From: Candidatus Dadabacteria bacterium CSP1-2
GTDB taxonomy: Bacteria > Desulfobacterota_D > UBA1144 > Nemesobacterales > CSP1-2
Direction of reading: 5' to 3'
Length of the DNA stretch: 64,000 bases
Assembly: GCA_001443445.1 (NCBI GenBank)
Contig: LDXN01000002.1
Span: 20,939-84,938 of the forward strand
Shown: piece by piece, positions 22,033 to 31,629 of the stretch
Numbering within the stretch: the first letter of the stretch is position 1
Layout of the letters: every line of letters starts with the position of its first letter
Notes under the pieces: generated by a model
The model's database searches: none
Told to the model about the DNA's origin: nothing
What the model saw: the letters and a program-made list of their open reading frames with translations, nothing else
Made by a program: the position numbers and the translations under genes

Positions 22033-23538
22033 ATGACCTCTTTAGCTGAAGATAGATTTGAAAGGATAAGAAGAACGGCTGGACTTTTTCTTGCCCCTCT
22101 GATCTTTTTGATACTTTACTTTATTCCCATACCTTCTCTCACACCACAAGCGCACAGGCTTTTGAGCATAGTAGCCTTTACTGTTACATGTTGGATAACT
22201 GAGTGTATTCCACTTCCCATCGCCGCACTTTTGGGACCAACCCTTGCCATTATTTTTCAAGTAGATAGTGCTAAAGCTATTTATTCGCCATTTGCTGACC
22301 CAATTATAATTCTCCTACTTGGAAGCTTTATACTTGCAAAGGCAATGACTACCCAAGGCCTGGATCGCCGCTTTGCTTTTGACATTCTATCAATTAAGGC
22401 TTTCTCACGTACAGGCACAACACTATCGCTTGGAATCGGGCTTGTCTCATTCCTCGTCTCAATGTGGATAAGCAACGCTGCTACTACCGCAATGATGCTA
22501 CCAATTGGACTTGGGATCCTAAGCGTCTTGAAATCAATTACGAATATAGAGAGTAAAGGCCTCGGAGCTCAGGAATATTCAACGGGGCTTATGCTAATTA
22601 TCGCCTATTCGGCTTCGATCGGAGGTATCAGTACTCCAGTTGGAACCCCTCCAAACCTAATCACATTAGGAATGCTTGAGGAACTCGCAGGGATAGAGAT
22701 AGATTTTCTAAAATGGATGTCAGTAGGCATTCCTATCGCACTAGTTATGTTTATATTTCTCTGGCTCAGGATATCTCTCACAACCCCTTTAGCAGTTAAG
22801 GATTTAAAAGGATTATCCTCCTTGATAAACGAACAAAAACAAATGCATGGTGAATGGAGGCAGGGAGAAATAAATGTTCTTATAGCCTTTATAATCGCAG
22901 TGGTTCTATGGTTATCACCCGGTTTTTTGGGAATCATTTTAGGAACAGATTCAGATGCTTATAAAATATATGATAGGGTGCTTCCAGAATACGTCGTGCC
23001 AGTCATATCAGCATTCTTGCTTTTTATACTTCCTACTAATTGGAAAGAAAGAGAGTTCACAATAACCATAAAAGAGGCGATGGGGATAGACTGGGGAACG
23101 CTTCTTATTTTCGGTGGCGGGCTTTCACTAGGAGCAATGATGTTTAAAACAGGGCTTGCTGAAGTGATAGGTAAGTCGCTTGTAGAAATTACAGGTGCAA
23201 TGTCAGTTACGTCTATAGCGGCATTGGGACTTTTTCTCGCTGTTACACTTTCAGAGATCACATCAAACACAGCAACAGCGAATTTGCTTCTTCCCCTCAT
23301 AATTGCGATTGCTATATCAGCAGGAATAAGCCCTGTCATCCCTGCACTTGCTGTTGGTATTGGAGCAAGTTTCGGTTTTATGCTTCCTGTTTCCACAGCC
23401 CCAAACGCTATTGTATATGGCTCAGGTCTTATTCCAATAACAAAGATGATTAAATACGGATTTCTACTCGATGTCGTGGGCTATGTTATCGTCCTTGCAG
23501 GGGTGTTGATTCTATGCCCACTTGTAGGTTTGAAATAA
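22033..23538 (+). CDS. DASS/SLC13-family anion:sodium symporter (di/tricarboxylate or sulfate permease)
   Basis: 501 aa polytopic membrane protein with two inverted repeat halves carrying the SNTAT/SNTATA-like hairpin motifs (ISNAATTAMMLPI and TSNTATANLLLPL). Confidence 0.8.
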   Translation: MTSLAEDRFERIRRTAGLFLAPLIFLILYFIPIPSLTPQAHRLLSIVAFTVTCWITECIPLPIAALLGPTLAIIFQVDSAKAIYSPFADPIIILLLGSFILAKAMTTQGLDRRFAFDILSIKAFSRTGTTLSLGIGLVSFLVSMWISNAATTAMMLPIGLGILSVLKSITNIESKGLGAQEYSTGLMLIIAYSASIGGISTPVGTPPNLITLGMLEELAGIEIDFLKWMSVGIPIALVMFIFLWLRISLTTPLAVKDLKGLSSLINEQKQMHGEWRQGEINVLIAFIIAVVLWLSPGFLGIILGTDSDAYKIYDRVLPEYVVPVISAFLLFILPTNWKEREFTITIKEAMGIDWGTLLIFGGGLSLGAMMFKTGLAEVIGKSLVEITGAMSVTSIAALGLFLAVTLSEITSNTATANLLLPLIIAIAISAGISPVIPALAVGIGASFGFMLPVSTAPNAIVYGSGLIPITKMIKYGFLLDVVGYVIVLAGVLILCPLVGLK

Positions 23539-23588
23539 AGTTAAGAATTTCGTTGATAATAAAATAGTCAGTAAAAAAAGAACTGGGC

Positions 23589-24392
23589 ATGGAACTTAAG
23601 AACTTAGGTAATACTGGTACCATGGTTCCAGAGATCGGGCTTGGTACCTGGAATTATAGCGGTGGGGTAGAGCCGCTTCGCAAGGGGGTCGAGCTTGGTG
23701 CCTACTTTATTGATACTGCTGAAGGCTATTACACTGAAGACGTAGTAGGCAAGGCTATCAAAGGCATCCGTGATATGGTGTTCGTTGCTACTAAGGTATC
23801 CGGCAGACATCTAGGTTATGATGATGTTCTAAGAGCTGCTGAAGGAAGCCTCCGTCTCCTAAATACGGATTACATTGATTTGTACCAGATTCATTGGCCA
23901 AATTCACGATTTCCACTTAAGGAAACTATGCGCGCCATGGAAAAGCTTGTGGATTCAGGAGCGGTCAGATATATAGGCGTCAGCAATTTCTCAACCGAAG
24001 AGCTAAGAGAGGCACAGTCATTTATAAAAAACTATCCAATCGTATCCAACCAGGTCTTGTATAATTTGAACAATCGGGAAATAGAGAGAGATTTGCTACC
24101 ATATTGGCAGAAGCATAAAGTGACAATCATAGCCTACACTCCATTGGATAATGGTAGTCTAACAAAAAATATTGGGTTTATAAGTAGCCATAAAATGAAG
24201 GTTCTTGAGCAGATAGCAAATGGGGTACAAAAAACCATAGCACAAGTGGCACTGAACTGGTGCACATCAAGACCAAATGTCATCGCTATCCCCAAATCTA
24301 ACAGTCTAGCCCGAACCATAGAGAACTGCGATGCATCGGGCTGGAGATTGTCACAGGATCATATACGACTTTTGGATGAAGCCTTTTCTTAG
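23589..24392 (+). CDS. aldo/keto reductase
   Basis: 267 aa with the AKR (beta/alpha)8 signature: DTAEGY, YIDLYQIHWP, and the C-terminal IPKSNS...ENC motif. Confidence 0.85.
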   Translation: MELKNLGNTGTMVPEIGLGTWNYSGGVEPLRKGVELGAYFIDTAEGYYTEDVVGKAIKGIRDMVFVATKVSGRHLGYDDVLRAAEGSLRLLNTDYIDLYQIHWPNSRFPLKETMRAMEKLVDSGAVRYIGVSNFSTEELREAQSFIKNYPIVSNQVLYNLNNREIERDLLPYWQKHKVTIIAYTPLDNGSLTKNIGFISSHKMKVLEQIANGVQKTIAQVALNWCTSRPNVIAIPKSNSLARTIENCDASGWRLSQDHIRLLDEAFS

Positions 24393-24621
24393 AAAAAGGA
24401 AAAGAGAACTATGAAGCAGTGCAGTGGGGGTGGGATTTGAAACACTAAGCGAGTAAAATTTGTTGACAGAAAAGTATAATTCGTTTAGTAGTATTCAGAA
24501 GATAATCGGAAGCTTCCCCTTAGCAAAATTCGGTTCGATGTGAGATGTATTTTAATAAGGACATCAAGCTGACAAAAAAGTTGATTTACAGTACTAAAGC
24601 ACAAATCAGGAGGAGACGATT

Positions 24622-25584
24622 ATGAAAAGAAAAATTTTTATATATTCAAGTATCTACATGGTACTTTTATTAATAATTCGTCTCACCACGGCCTGCAACG
24701 ACGACGACAGCCCGGCAGATTCGTCGCCGACATCCGGATCCCCATTCGACCTTGATACTGCTCTTGAGCTTGGACGTCTCTCCTTACAAGCCTACCAAAT
24801 GTTAACTGATTTTGAGCAAGGAAAAACCTTCACCCTGCCGTCGCCTTACCAGTTAGTGGTGCAAATCCTCACCCCCGAAGCATTTGAGGGAGAACCAATT
24901 CCGAGTGAGCCCATCCCAATTGCCTTCATTGCAAAGAATGATGACAACATCTATGTGGTGTTCAGGGGAACCAAGACAATCGTCGAATGGATTGACGATG
25001 CCATGTTTGCTCAAGTGCCTTACACCTTTGTTGATGACGGTGGGATGACTGAGCAGGGCTTCACAAATATCTACGGGACGATCCACGACTCGATCGTCAA
25101 TGCTGTTAACAACTTAAGCAGCACAGGCACCTTCTCCAATCTATTCATCACTGGTCACAGTTTGGGTGCCGCTCTAGCCATTCTCGCAGTACCCGAACTG
25201 ACTGAGAATACATCATTCAAGAACCCTATCATGTATAACTTTGCTGGTCCCAGAGTTGGTAATATCCATTTTGTGAATGAGCTTTACAATCCCTTAAATA
25301 TTACGAGCTGGCGGGTCGTGAACACGAACGATGTGGTACCAACATTACCTCCAACTACTGTAATCATAATTGATCCACCAGGAGTTTTTTTCTATGAGCA
25401 TGTCAATTCCGAAGAAGCGATTACTTTCGGCAACCCGATTTCAGGGCCGTTCGATTTCACGGATATCGAATTTAATCACAGTATGTGCAACTACTACAAC
25501 ACGCTTTGTGACATGACAAGTGACCCCGATACATGCAAGGCAATGGCGGATGGCGCGGATAGTTGTAATCCCCCATCCCAATGA
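24622..25584 (+). CDS. secreted class-3 (fungal-type) triacylglycerol lipase family protein
   Basis: Signal peptide. Lipase_3 motifs YVVFRGT and GHSLGAALA (nucleophilic Ser) with downstream Asp/His. GC is roughly 50%, versus a roughly 40% background. Confidence 0.8.
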   Translation: MKRKIFIYSSIYMVLLLIIRLTTACNDDDSPADSSPTSGSPFDLDTALELGRLSLQAYQMLTDFEQGKTFTLPSPYQLVVQILTPEAFEGEPIPSEPIPIAFIAKNDDNIYVVFRGTKTIVEWIDDAMFAQVPYTFVDDGGMTEQGFTNIYGTIHDSIVNAVNNLSSTGTFSNLFITGHSLGAALAILAVPELTENTSFKNPIMYNFAGPRVGNIHFVNELYNPLNITSWRVVNTNDVVPTLPPTTVIIIDPPGVFFYEHVNSEEAITFGNPISGPFDFTDIEFNHSMCNYYNTLCDMTSDPDTCKAMADGADSCNPPSQ

Positions 25585-25690
25585 CTCTTGCACACAATAG
25601 AAAAAAAATAATCCATCTACCCATTACGGATTGTGGAAAATCTGGAATCGCCAGGATTACATTATAGTGTAAATTTTAAATCTCTTTGTA

Positions 25691-26116
25691 CTAGATCAAT
25701 TTAAATTGTGCCATTGGTGACTTATCCTTATCTTTACAACTTATATAGTTACTAAGTGCTGATTCATCAGTTTGCATATGGACAAGATGAGTTTTTCCCT
25801 CCTGCAGTGAAAAGAATTCAATTGTTGAGCTATCATTATCTTTATTTTTAGCCTCCTTCAAACGGAATGCTGAGATCTCCTTAATTCCTATCTGAATTCT
25901 TAAAAAGTATTCTGCCGCTTGAACCTCTTTGCTGTAACAAGAACCACCCCTATAATTTTCAAGATTAATATGTTGATTTCTACATTCTCCGATCAATTTA
26001 GCCACATCGCTATCCCTAAGTCTAACAGTGTTGCCCGAACGATAGAAAATTGCCATGCTTCGGGCTGGCGTTTGTCTAAAAGCCAGATAAGTCTATTAGA
26101 TGAAGCCTTTTCGTAA
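25691..26116. pseudogene. Chimeric pseudogene: C-terminal fragment of a Suc_Fer-like paralog (minus strand) fused to a copy of the AKR 3' end (plus strand)
   Basis: 25691-26056(-) is 65-70% identical to residues 210-320 of the protein encoded at 26983-27945 but lacks the Cys/His cluster region. 26003-26116(+) encodes HIAIPKSNSVARTIENCHASGWRLS...LLDEAFS, about 80% identical to the C-terminus of the AKR at 23589-24392. The join is at catcgctatccctaag (25995-26010). Confidence 0.6.
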
Positions 26117-26193
26117 AAAGGGTAGAAGATTAACGGAACATTGCTAAAATAATAGCAGTTTAAGTTAAAATTATTAGTAAAGGAGGGCTTAAT

Positions 26194-26913
26194 ATGTCAA
26201 CAAAACATGAGTTTTTACGGCGCGAATTCTTACATTTATCAGGTTTGACTTCTATCGGTGCTTTTCTATTGGGTCACAAGCTAACACCAGTGTCCTATGC
26301 CGCATCGGCGCCATTGCCTAGTGACACAAGCGCTGACGCAGCTCTTCAAACATTGAAAGAAGGCAACCAGAGGTTTGTAGCCATGAAGCCGATCCATCCC
26401 AACTTGACCGCTGAGCGACGTACAGACGTGGCTAAAGGTCAAAACCCTTTTGCTATTATATTTGAGTGTGTGGACTCACGAGTTCCACCAGAGCTCGTTT
26501 TTGACCGAGGACTCGGTGATTTGTTCGTGATTCGAACAGCCGGTCAAGCTTTAGATAAGGCCGCGCTAGGTAGTATTGAATTCGGAGTAGAAGAATACAA
26601 CATACCTCTAGTTATGGTACTAGGCCATGAAAAGTGTGGTGCGGTAGAGGCTACTATTGAAGTTCTAGAAAAGAAAGCTCAAGCTCACGGTCAAATACGC
26701 ACTTTGGTCGAACTCATCAAGCCAGCCGTTGAAAAGGTGAAAAACAAGCCTGGAGATTTGCTCGACAATGCTATTAGAGCTAACATTGCACTGGGTGTTG
26801 ACAAGTTAAAAACCACGCCAATCCTGACTGAGCATCTAGAAAAGGGCAAGATTAAGATCGTCGGGGCGTATTATGATCTGGAGACTGGGGTCGTAGATAT
26901 TACTGTCTCTTAA
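26194..26913 (+). CDS. beta-class carbonic anhydrase, Tat-signal (periplasmic) copy
   Basis: Twin-arginine signal RREFLHLSGLTSIGAFLLG. Beta-CA zinc ligands CVDSR...HEKCG. Confidence 0.9.
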   Translation: MSTKHEFLRREFLHLSGLTSIGAFLLGHKLTPVSYAASAPLPSDTSADAALQTLKEGNQRFVAMKPIHPNLTAERRTDVAKGQNPFAIIFECVDSRVPPELVFDRGLGDLFVIRTAGQALDKAALGSIEFGVEEYNIPLVMVLGHEKCGAVEATIEVLEKKAQAHGQIRTLVELIKPAVEKVKNKPGDLLDNAIRANIALGVDKLKTTPILTEHLEKGKIKIVGAYYDLETGVVDITVS

Positions 26914-26982
26914 AACAATTCCTCGAATGCTAAAATCAGAGCTTTCTCAATATAATTTGATTTATAATGAATGGTCATAATT

Positions 26983-27945
26983 TTAAATCTCATTATAATC
27001 AACCAATCTATATTGTGCTATTGGTGATTTATCTTTATCTTTACAGCTAGTAAAGTTACTGATTGCTTTTTTATCCGTTTGGATATGAACAAGGTGTGTT
27101 TTTCCATTCGTTGGTGACAGAAATTCAATCATAGAGTTATCGCTGTCTTTATTTTTAGTCTCTTTCAACCGGAATGCAGAGATTTCCTTAATTCCTGTTT
27201 GCATTCTTAAAAAGTATTCTGCTGCCTGAACCTCATTGCTGTAACATGATCGGCCCCTATAGTTTTCAAGATAGATACGTTGGCTCTGATACTCCTTGAT
27301 TAAATCATCCGCATCACTTTCCCTAACACGTCCGTAGTAAATACCATGGGGTAAACACAAAATATTAGCGGCAAATCTATGACCTCCAAGGTGCGTACAC
27401 TGCCATGCCATGAATCCGCTCTCATACTTTAGCGCTTCCATATAAACCGGTACACCAAATTTACCGCAACATGTATCATGTGTACCGTGGGCGCATACTA
27501 AAATTAGAGGATCTTTTCTTAAAAAGGAGCTATCATTTAAGATTTTTGGAATATCAAACTCAAGAAGGTCTTCATAGTTGGACAAAGTAAATTCAAAGAG
27601 CCTAGGCTCTATCTCGTCTGAATCTCCAAGATAAAATTTAATTAAATCTGAAGATCTATCATGTCGTTTAATTAACTGTAAGCGTGAGTTTGGAGTTGAT
27701 TCAAGATAATTTGAAAGATGTTTTTTTACATTTTCGGCAATATTGCAAGATTGGAAAGCCTTCTCAGCCCAAGCTTGTCTGTATTCAAGCAATAGCCAAA
27801 CATCCACCCTAGGCACAGTTCCAAACATCTCCTCTTTGGCTTTAATTGAAAGCTCAGAACAGAAAAACTTGTGCATATCTTCTTTGTGCGTTCTAAAACC
27901 TTGGTTATTCAAAGGATTAAGATACTTCCTAAAGTTTGAAAGCAT
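26983..27945 (-). CDS. Sucrase/ferredoxin-like (Apd1/Aim32-type thioredoxin-like [2Fe-2S] ferredoxin) family protein
   Basis: CAHGTHDTCCGKFG plus the C-terminal HxGGH motif (CTHLGGHRF), which is characteristic of the Apd1-type Cys2His2 cluster site. Confidence 0.55.
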   Translation of the reverse strand: MLSNFRKYLNPLNNQGFRTHKEDMHKFFCSELSIKAKEEMFGTVPRVDVWLLLEYRQAWAEKAFQSCNIAENVKKHLSNYLESTPNSRLQLIKRHDRSSDLIKFYLGDSDEIEPRLFEFTLSNYEDLLEFDIPKILNDSSFLRKDPLILVCAHGTHDTCCGKFGVPVYMEALKYESGFMAWQCTHLGGHRFAANILCLPHGIYYGRVRESDADDLIKEYQSQRIYLENYRGRSCYSNEVQAAEYFLRMQTGIKEISAFRLKETKNKDSDNSMIEFLSPTNGKTHLVHIQTDKKAISNFTSCKDKDKSPIAQYRLVDYNEI

Positions 27946-28154
27946 ACCTAAGACCGCTTTAATTTGAAATCATGCTTTCAGAGACTGTGCTTGAAAGGAT
28001 TAGCATTATTGACCTGCTTAGTTGTACTCATTACACTTGCTATAAAGCCAGAGAGCCCGATTTACATTTGCTCTTGTTTTAACCGGACAGTATTGTTCAC
28101 AAATACTAATGGACACTAAATATTACAAGGAATTTTTTAGTGCATTCAAAAGGA

Positions 28155-28285
28155 GTTGTCATTGCGAGCACTTCGTTAAACTCAGTGTAAACTCCGCGAA
28201 GCAATCTGGCACGAAGTGTCATTCCGAACGCAGTGAGGAATCTAAAACGGATTGCTTCGTCACTTTGTTCCTCGCAAAGACAATT
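28155..28285. repeat. Palindromic repeat element, family 1 (gtcattgcgag...cctcgcaa)
   Basis: gtcattgcgagcacttcg...aaactccgcgaagcaatc...gattgcttcg...cctcgcaaag. Related to 12640-12810. Spurious ORFs on both strands (28106-28345). Confidence 0.5.
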
Positions 28286-28455
28286 CTTATTATGCATAGT
28301 TAACCAATCGAATTGGTATAACATCATCCATGGACTTGCTACCATTATATTATAGTGATGAAAGTTGAAATTATTAACAACCCTATTTCAATTTAGGATA
28401 AGCTAGCAAAAAATATCTATGCGATACTAACCAATTAATTTAAGGAGGAAGTATT

Positions 28456-28920
28456 ATGAGAATCATATCGTTACCATTTATATTTTTTGCTGTCGGGATT
28501 TTAATAGTTTCTTGTGAATCTCCTAAAAGAGGTCAAGAAGATCAAAAGGATCTTAAAGAACTCCAGGGGACGTGGCAATTAATTTCTGGAGTGGTGGATG
28601 GCAAGGAACTTCCAGACGAGGAAGTTAAAAACACACAGATTATAATAAAGGACAACACCTTTGTGTTACCAAATGAATCTGGGGTTGGTACAAGCCCTAA
28701 AGGAACTTTTATAATCTATCCGAATGCAGATCCTAAACAGGTCAATTCGACCACGACAGATGGTCCAAATATTGGAAAAGTCTCACTGGGTATATATGAA
28801 GTTGAAGGCGACAATCAAAAAACCTGCTTCGGTCCACCCGGAGGATTTCGACCCACCGAATTTAGCTCTACACCCGGTAGTGGGAAAATCCTGCAGGTTT
28901 GGAAACGTGTAAACCCATGA
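28456..28920 (+). CDS. lipoprotein with lipocalin-like TIGR03067-type domain (uncharacterized)
   Basis: Lipobox LIVSCES. LQGTWQLISGVVDGKELP...GIYEVEGDNQKTCFG...RPTEFSS matches the TIGR03067 pattern as I recall it. Confidence 0.45.
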   Translation: MRIISLPFIFFAVGILIVSCESPKRGQEDQKDLKELQGTWQLISGVVDGKELPDEEVKNTQIIIKDNTFVLPNESGVGTSPKGTFIIYPNADPKQVNSTTTDGPNIGKVSLGIYEVEGDNQKTCFGPPGGFRPTEFSSTPGSGKILQVWKRVNP

Positions 28921-29251
28921 ACAGAGTTCTTCTTCGCCTAACGATGGCATTAGCAATATGCTACTGGAACTATTCCGCTTTATAAATTTTATAGAAATTA
29001 ATCATTGTTATTAAAATTTTTGAAACTTGTTATAAATATCAAATTTTAAATTAGTCAACAAAAGATTTGACCCCAAACTCAAACTCAAACTCAAACTGTC
29101 ATAACCGCTCAAGTTTTAGGTGGCACTATAGGATTGGAAGTGTTCGGGGTCAGGCATGCATATTGACCTAATTGAGGCTCATTCTTGACATCCTTTGCCG
29201 TAGACTTTATTATACAAATATATGAAAATACAACTTTAAGGAGAAAACACT

Positions 29252-29533
29252 ATGCCTGTTGTGAAGATTGGGGTCAGCCGCCAGGTAGTTATTCCGAAAA
29301 AGATTCATGACGAGCTTGGACTTACATCAGGAGACTTTCTGGATGTTGAACTCAGGGAAGGCAAAATTATTTTAACTCCAAAGGCACTCGTGGATAAACA
29401 GATTGAGAAACGTCTGGCTGAGGGACTTGAGGACCTCAAGCAAGGTAGGACCTACGGGCCGTTTGATTCAGCTAAAGATATGATCCAATCACTTCGCGGC
29501 TCTAGGAGATCTAAAATGAGCAGAAGAGCTTAA
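29252..29533 (+). CDS. type II antitoxin, AbrB/MazE/SpoVT-family DNA-binding domain
   Basis: 93 aa with a swapped-hairpin N-terminus (VKIGVSRQVVIPKKIHDELGLTSGDFLDVELREGKIILTP). Its stop overlaps the next start (TAATG). Confidence 0.75.
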   Translation: MPVVKIGVSRQVVIPKKIHDELGLTSGDFLDVELREGKIILTPKALVDKQIEKRLAEGLEDLKQGRTYGPFDSAKDMIQSLRGSRRSKMSRRA

Positions 29534-29778
29534 TGCGGCTCCAATATACCGAACGCTTCCGCCGAAGCTATGATAAGGCTCCAGCCCGTATCCAAATGGC
29601 CTTTGACAAACATGTTGCCCTTTTAGTTACTAATCTCCGTCACCCATCTCTCAGAGCCAAGAAGTACGATGAGGCTAGAGGAATCTGGCAAGCAAGGGTC
29701 AACGGCGGGTGGCGTTTTTACTTCACCATCGAAACCGATACCTACAAACTCATTGACATCATGCCTCATCCTAAGTAG
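29533..29778 (+). CDS. type II toxin, RelE/ParE superfamily
   Basis: 81 aa. The C-terminal GIWQARVNGGWRFYFTIETDTYKLIDIMPH matches the RelE/ParE beta-sheet core. It is translationally coupled to the upstream antitoxin. Confidence 0.7.
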   Translation: MRLQYTERFRRSYDKAPARIQMAFDKHVALLVTNLRHPSLRAKKYDEARGIWQARVNGGWRFYFTIETDTYKLIDIMPHPK

Positions 29779-30148
29779 CTTCCTTGAACCTGACAATCCT
29801 CAGTAGCCGATAACTTTCGGTGAACCAACCCCGTAAACTAAAAAAGTGTTCAGGGCATACAAATTGACTTTATTTCCTCACTGAATTAAAAGATGTGGAA
29901 TGTGAGCAAGTATAATCCTTCAACATGGGGCATACCTACAGTTTTCTATCATAATAGGGGTTGCGTCCCCTTTTTAATTTAATCCGGTATCCATGAAAAC
30001 CTGAAGGTTTCCGCTATATCACGCTTAACATTTGGAATCTACTTTTTTTAATGGTATTAAATTAAGATGTTCGTCTTCAATAACCACGTTTTTTGCAACT
30101 TTTAATTCATCCATAAGTCACGAGCAACACCAAAAGAGGGAGGTTCCT

Positions 30149-30739
30149 ATGATAAACGCTGATCAAGCTCTACAAATATTAATGGAAGGAAACAAGCGAT
30201 TTATGGCAGCAAAGCCTCTATATCCTAACCTAACACCCAAGCGACGTAAGGAACTATCTAAAGGTCAACAGCCTTTCGCAATAATCTTTGGGTGTGTTGA
30301 CTCAAGAGTGCCGCCAGAGCTCGTTTTTGACCGTGGGTTGGGCGATTTGTTTGTCATCAGAACAGCAGGACAAGCCCTGGACGGCGCCGCTCTTTGTAGC
30401 ATTGAATTTGGAGTCGAAAAGTTTAATATACCACTTGTGATGGTACTAGGACATGAAAAATGTGGCGCAGTATCCGCTACTATTGAAGTTGTTGAAAAAA
30501 AGGCTGTCGCTCATGGCCAAATCAACACCCTAGTTGAAATCATAAAGCCAGCAGTAGATAAAGTTATGGGACAGCCAGGCGATTTGCTTGAAAATTCTGT
30601 TAGGGCAAACATACAACTTACTGTTGACAAATTAAAGGCCTCGCCATTTCTATCGAAATACCTATACAAAGGCAAAATCAAGATCGTTGGGGCACGTTAC
30701 GATCTGAATACCGGAGTGGTAGATATTATTATGCCGTGA
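30149..30739 (+). CDS. beta-class carbonic anhydrase, cytoplasmic paralog
   Basis: About 75-80% identical to the 26194-26913 product but lacking a signal peptide. Strong SD (AGAGGGAGG) 6 nt before the ATG at 30149. The ORF-track start at 30032 adds a non-conserved extension. Confidence 0.9.
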   Translation: MINADQALQILMEGNKRFMAAKPLYPNLTPKRRKELSKGQQPFAIIFGCVDSRVPPELVFDRGLGDLFVIRTAGQALDGAALCSIEFGVEKFNIPLVMVLGHEKCGAVSATIEVVEKKAVAHGQINTLVEIIKPAVDKVMGQPGDLLENSVRANIQLTVDKLKASPFLSKYLYKGKIKIVGARYDLNTGVVDIIMP

Positions 30740-30831
30740 TACAAGGCAACGACGCAGAGGGATATCGTTTTTTTATAAATATTTTAAGGATTCTAAGAAC
30801 TCACTCATTTATCATGTTAACTTGATATGCG

Positions 30832-31629
30832 TTATTTTTCCTCTTTAGTAAATTCTTGAACCATCTTTTCAAACGATTTAATCCCCCTTGTCATTCTAGC
30901 AATACTAGAAATAATGTTGTTAATTTTAATGGGCAATTTTGTTTCTAAACGTTTTTTTTCTAATTTAGAAGCGGTCTTAAAACTAGTTTTTATTTTTCTT
31001 ACAATATCCCCTAACATCAAGTCAAGGTTAAGTGGTGCTATCCATTTGCCAGAAATTTCGTGTTCAAGTCGATTAAATGCTTCAATTCTCGCTCGCAAGT
31101 TTTTCAATGATGCTCTTATACTCGGAGAAATCCCCATGCATTCTGTACAATGCTCACCCGACGAAGATGCTTTAATAAGAAGACTTAGAAACGCTTTTCC
31201 ATCAATGAGCTCAAGTGGTTTACCTATGACAAACTTTACCGAGTCTTCTGTAAAGTTACTCGTTGTAATAACATATCCACTCTCTGCATTATCGGAAAGA
31301 ACAAGATCATAAAACTTCTTTACCTCTTCTAAATCCACAGGTTTATTTTCCTTTCTACATTCAAACAAACTCCAAGACTTAACATGCCATCTGTGTTTTT
31401 CTGCTTTATGAGACTCGAGTAAGAAACTGTTAGATTTCTCAGGGCTTACTTTGTCGGACTCGAACACATCGTACCCGTGTTCTTCTAACACTTGTATTAC
31501 CAAATCCTTAAAATCCTCTTTATTCATAGACCTTATGTAATCCAAAGATAAAAGGTATGGTTCAATTCTAATGTATTCACTTCGACAAAGAGAGCAGCGA
31601 GCAAATTTTATAGCAGATTTATCCGACAT
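30832..31629 (-). CDS. Mrr-cat (PD-(D/E)xK restriction-endonuclease-like) domain protein with C-terminal coiled-coil extension
   Basis: FKDLVIQVLEEHGYDV...ESGYVITTSNFTEDSVKFVIGKPLELIDGKAFLSLL aligns with the Mrr_cat profile. The Q/E-x-K position reads H-V-K. It lies in an AT-rich islet. Confidence 0.5.
   Translation of the reverse strand: MSDKSAIKFARCSLCRSEYIRIEPYLLSLDYIRSMNKEDFKDLVIQVLEEHGYDVFESDKVSPEKSNSFLLESHKAEKHRWHVKSWSLFECRKENKPVDLEEVKKFYDLVLSDNAESGYVITTSNFTEDSVKFVIGKPLELIDGKAFLSLLIKASSSGEHCTECMGISPSIRASLKNLRARIEAFNRLEHEISGKWIAPLNLDLMLGDIVRKIKTSFKTASKLEKKRLETKLPIKINNIISSIARMTRGIKSFEKMVQEFTKEEK

Noticed and set aside
24463-24480. TTGACA ... TATAAT promoter-like hexamers upstream of the lipase
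   Set aside because: The spacer is only 6 nt, which is incompatible with a sigma70 promoter. Coincidental.
24393-27000. Integron-like cassette array hypothesis for the lipase/CA locus
   Set aside because: There is no intI-like integrase and no attC-like imperfect palindromes bounding the cargo genes. The repeated flanks are gene 3' ends, which fits rearrangement rather than site-specific cassette capture.
28106-28345. ORFs on both strands (79 and 64 aa) over 28.1-28.35 kb
   Set aside because: Mirror-image ORFs produced by the palindromic family-1 repeat. Not genes.
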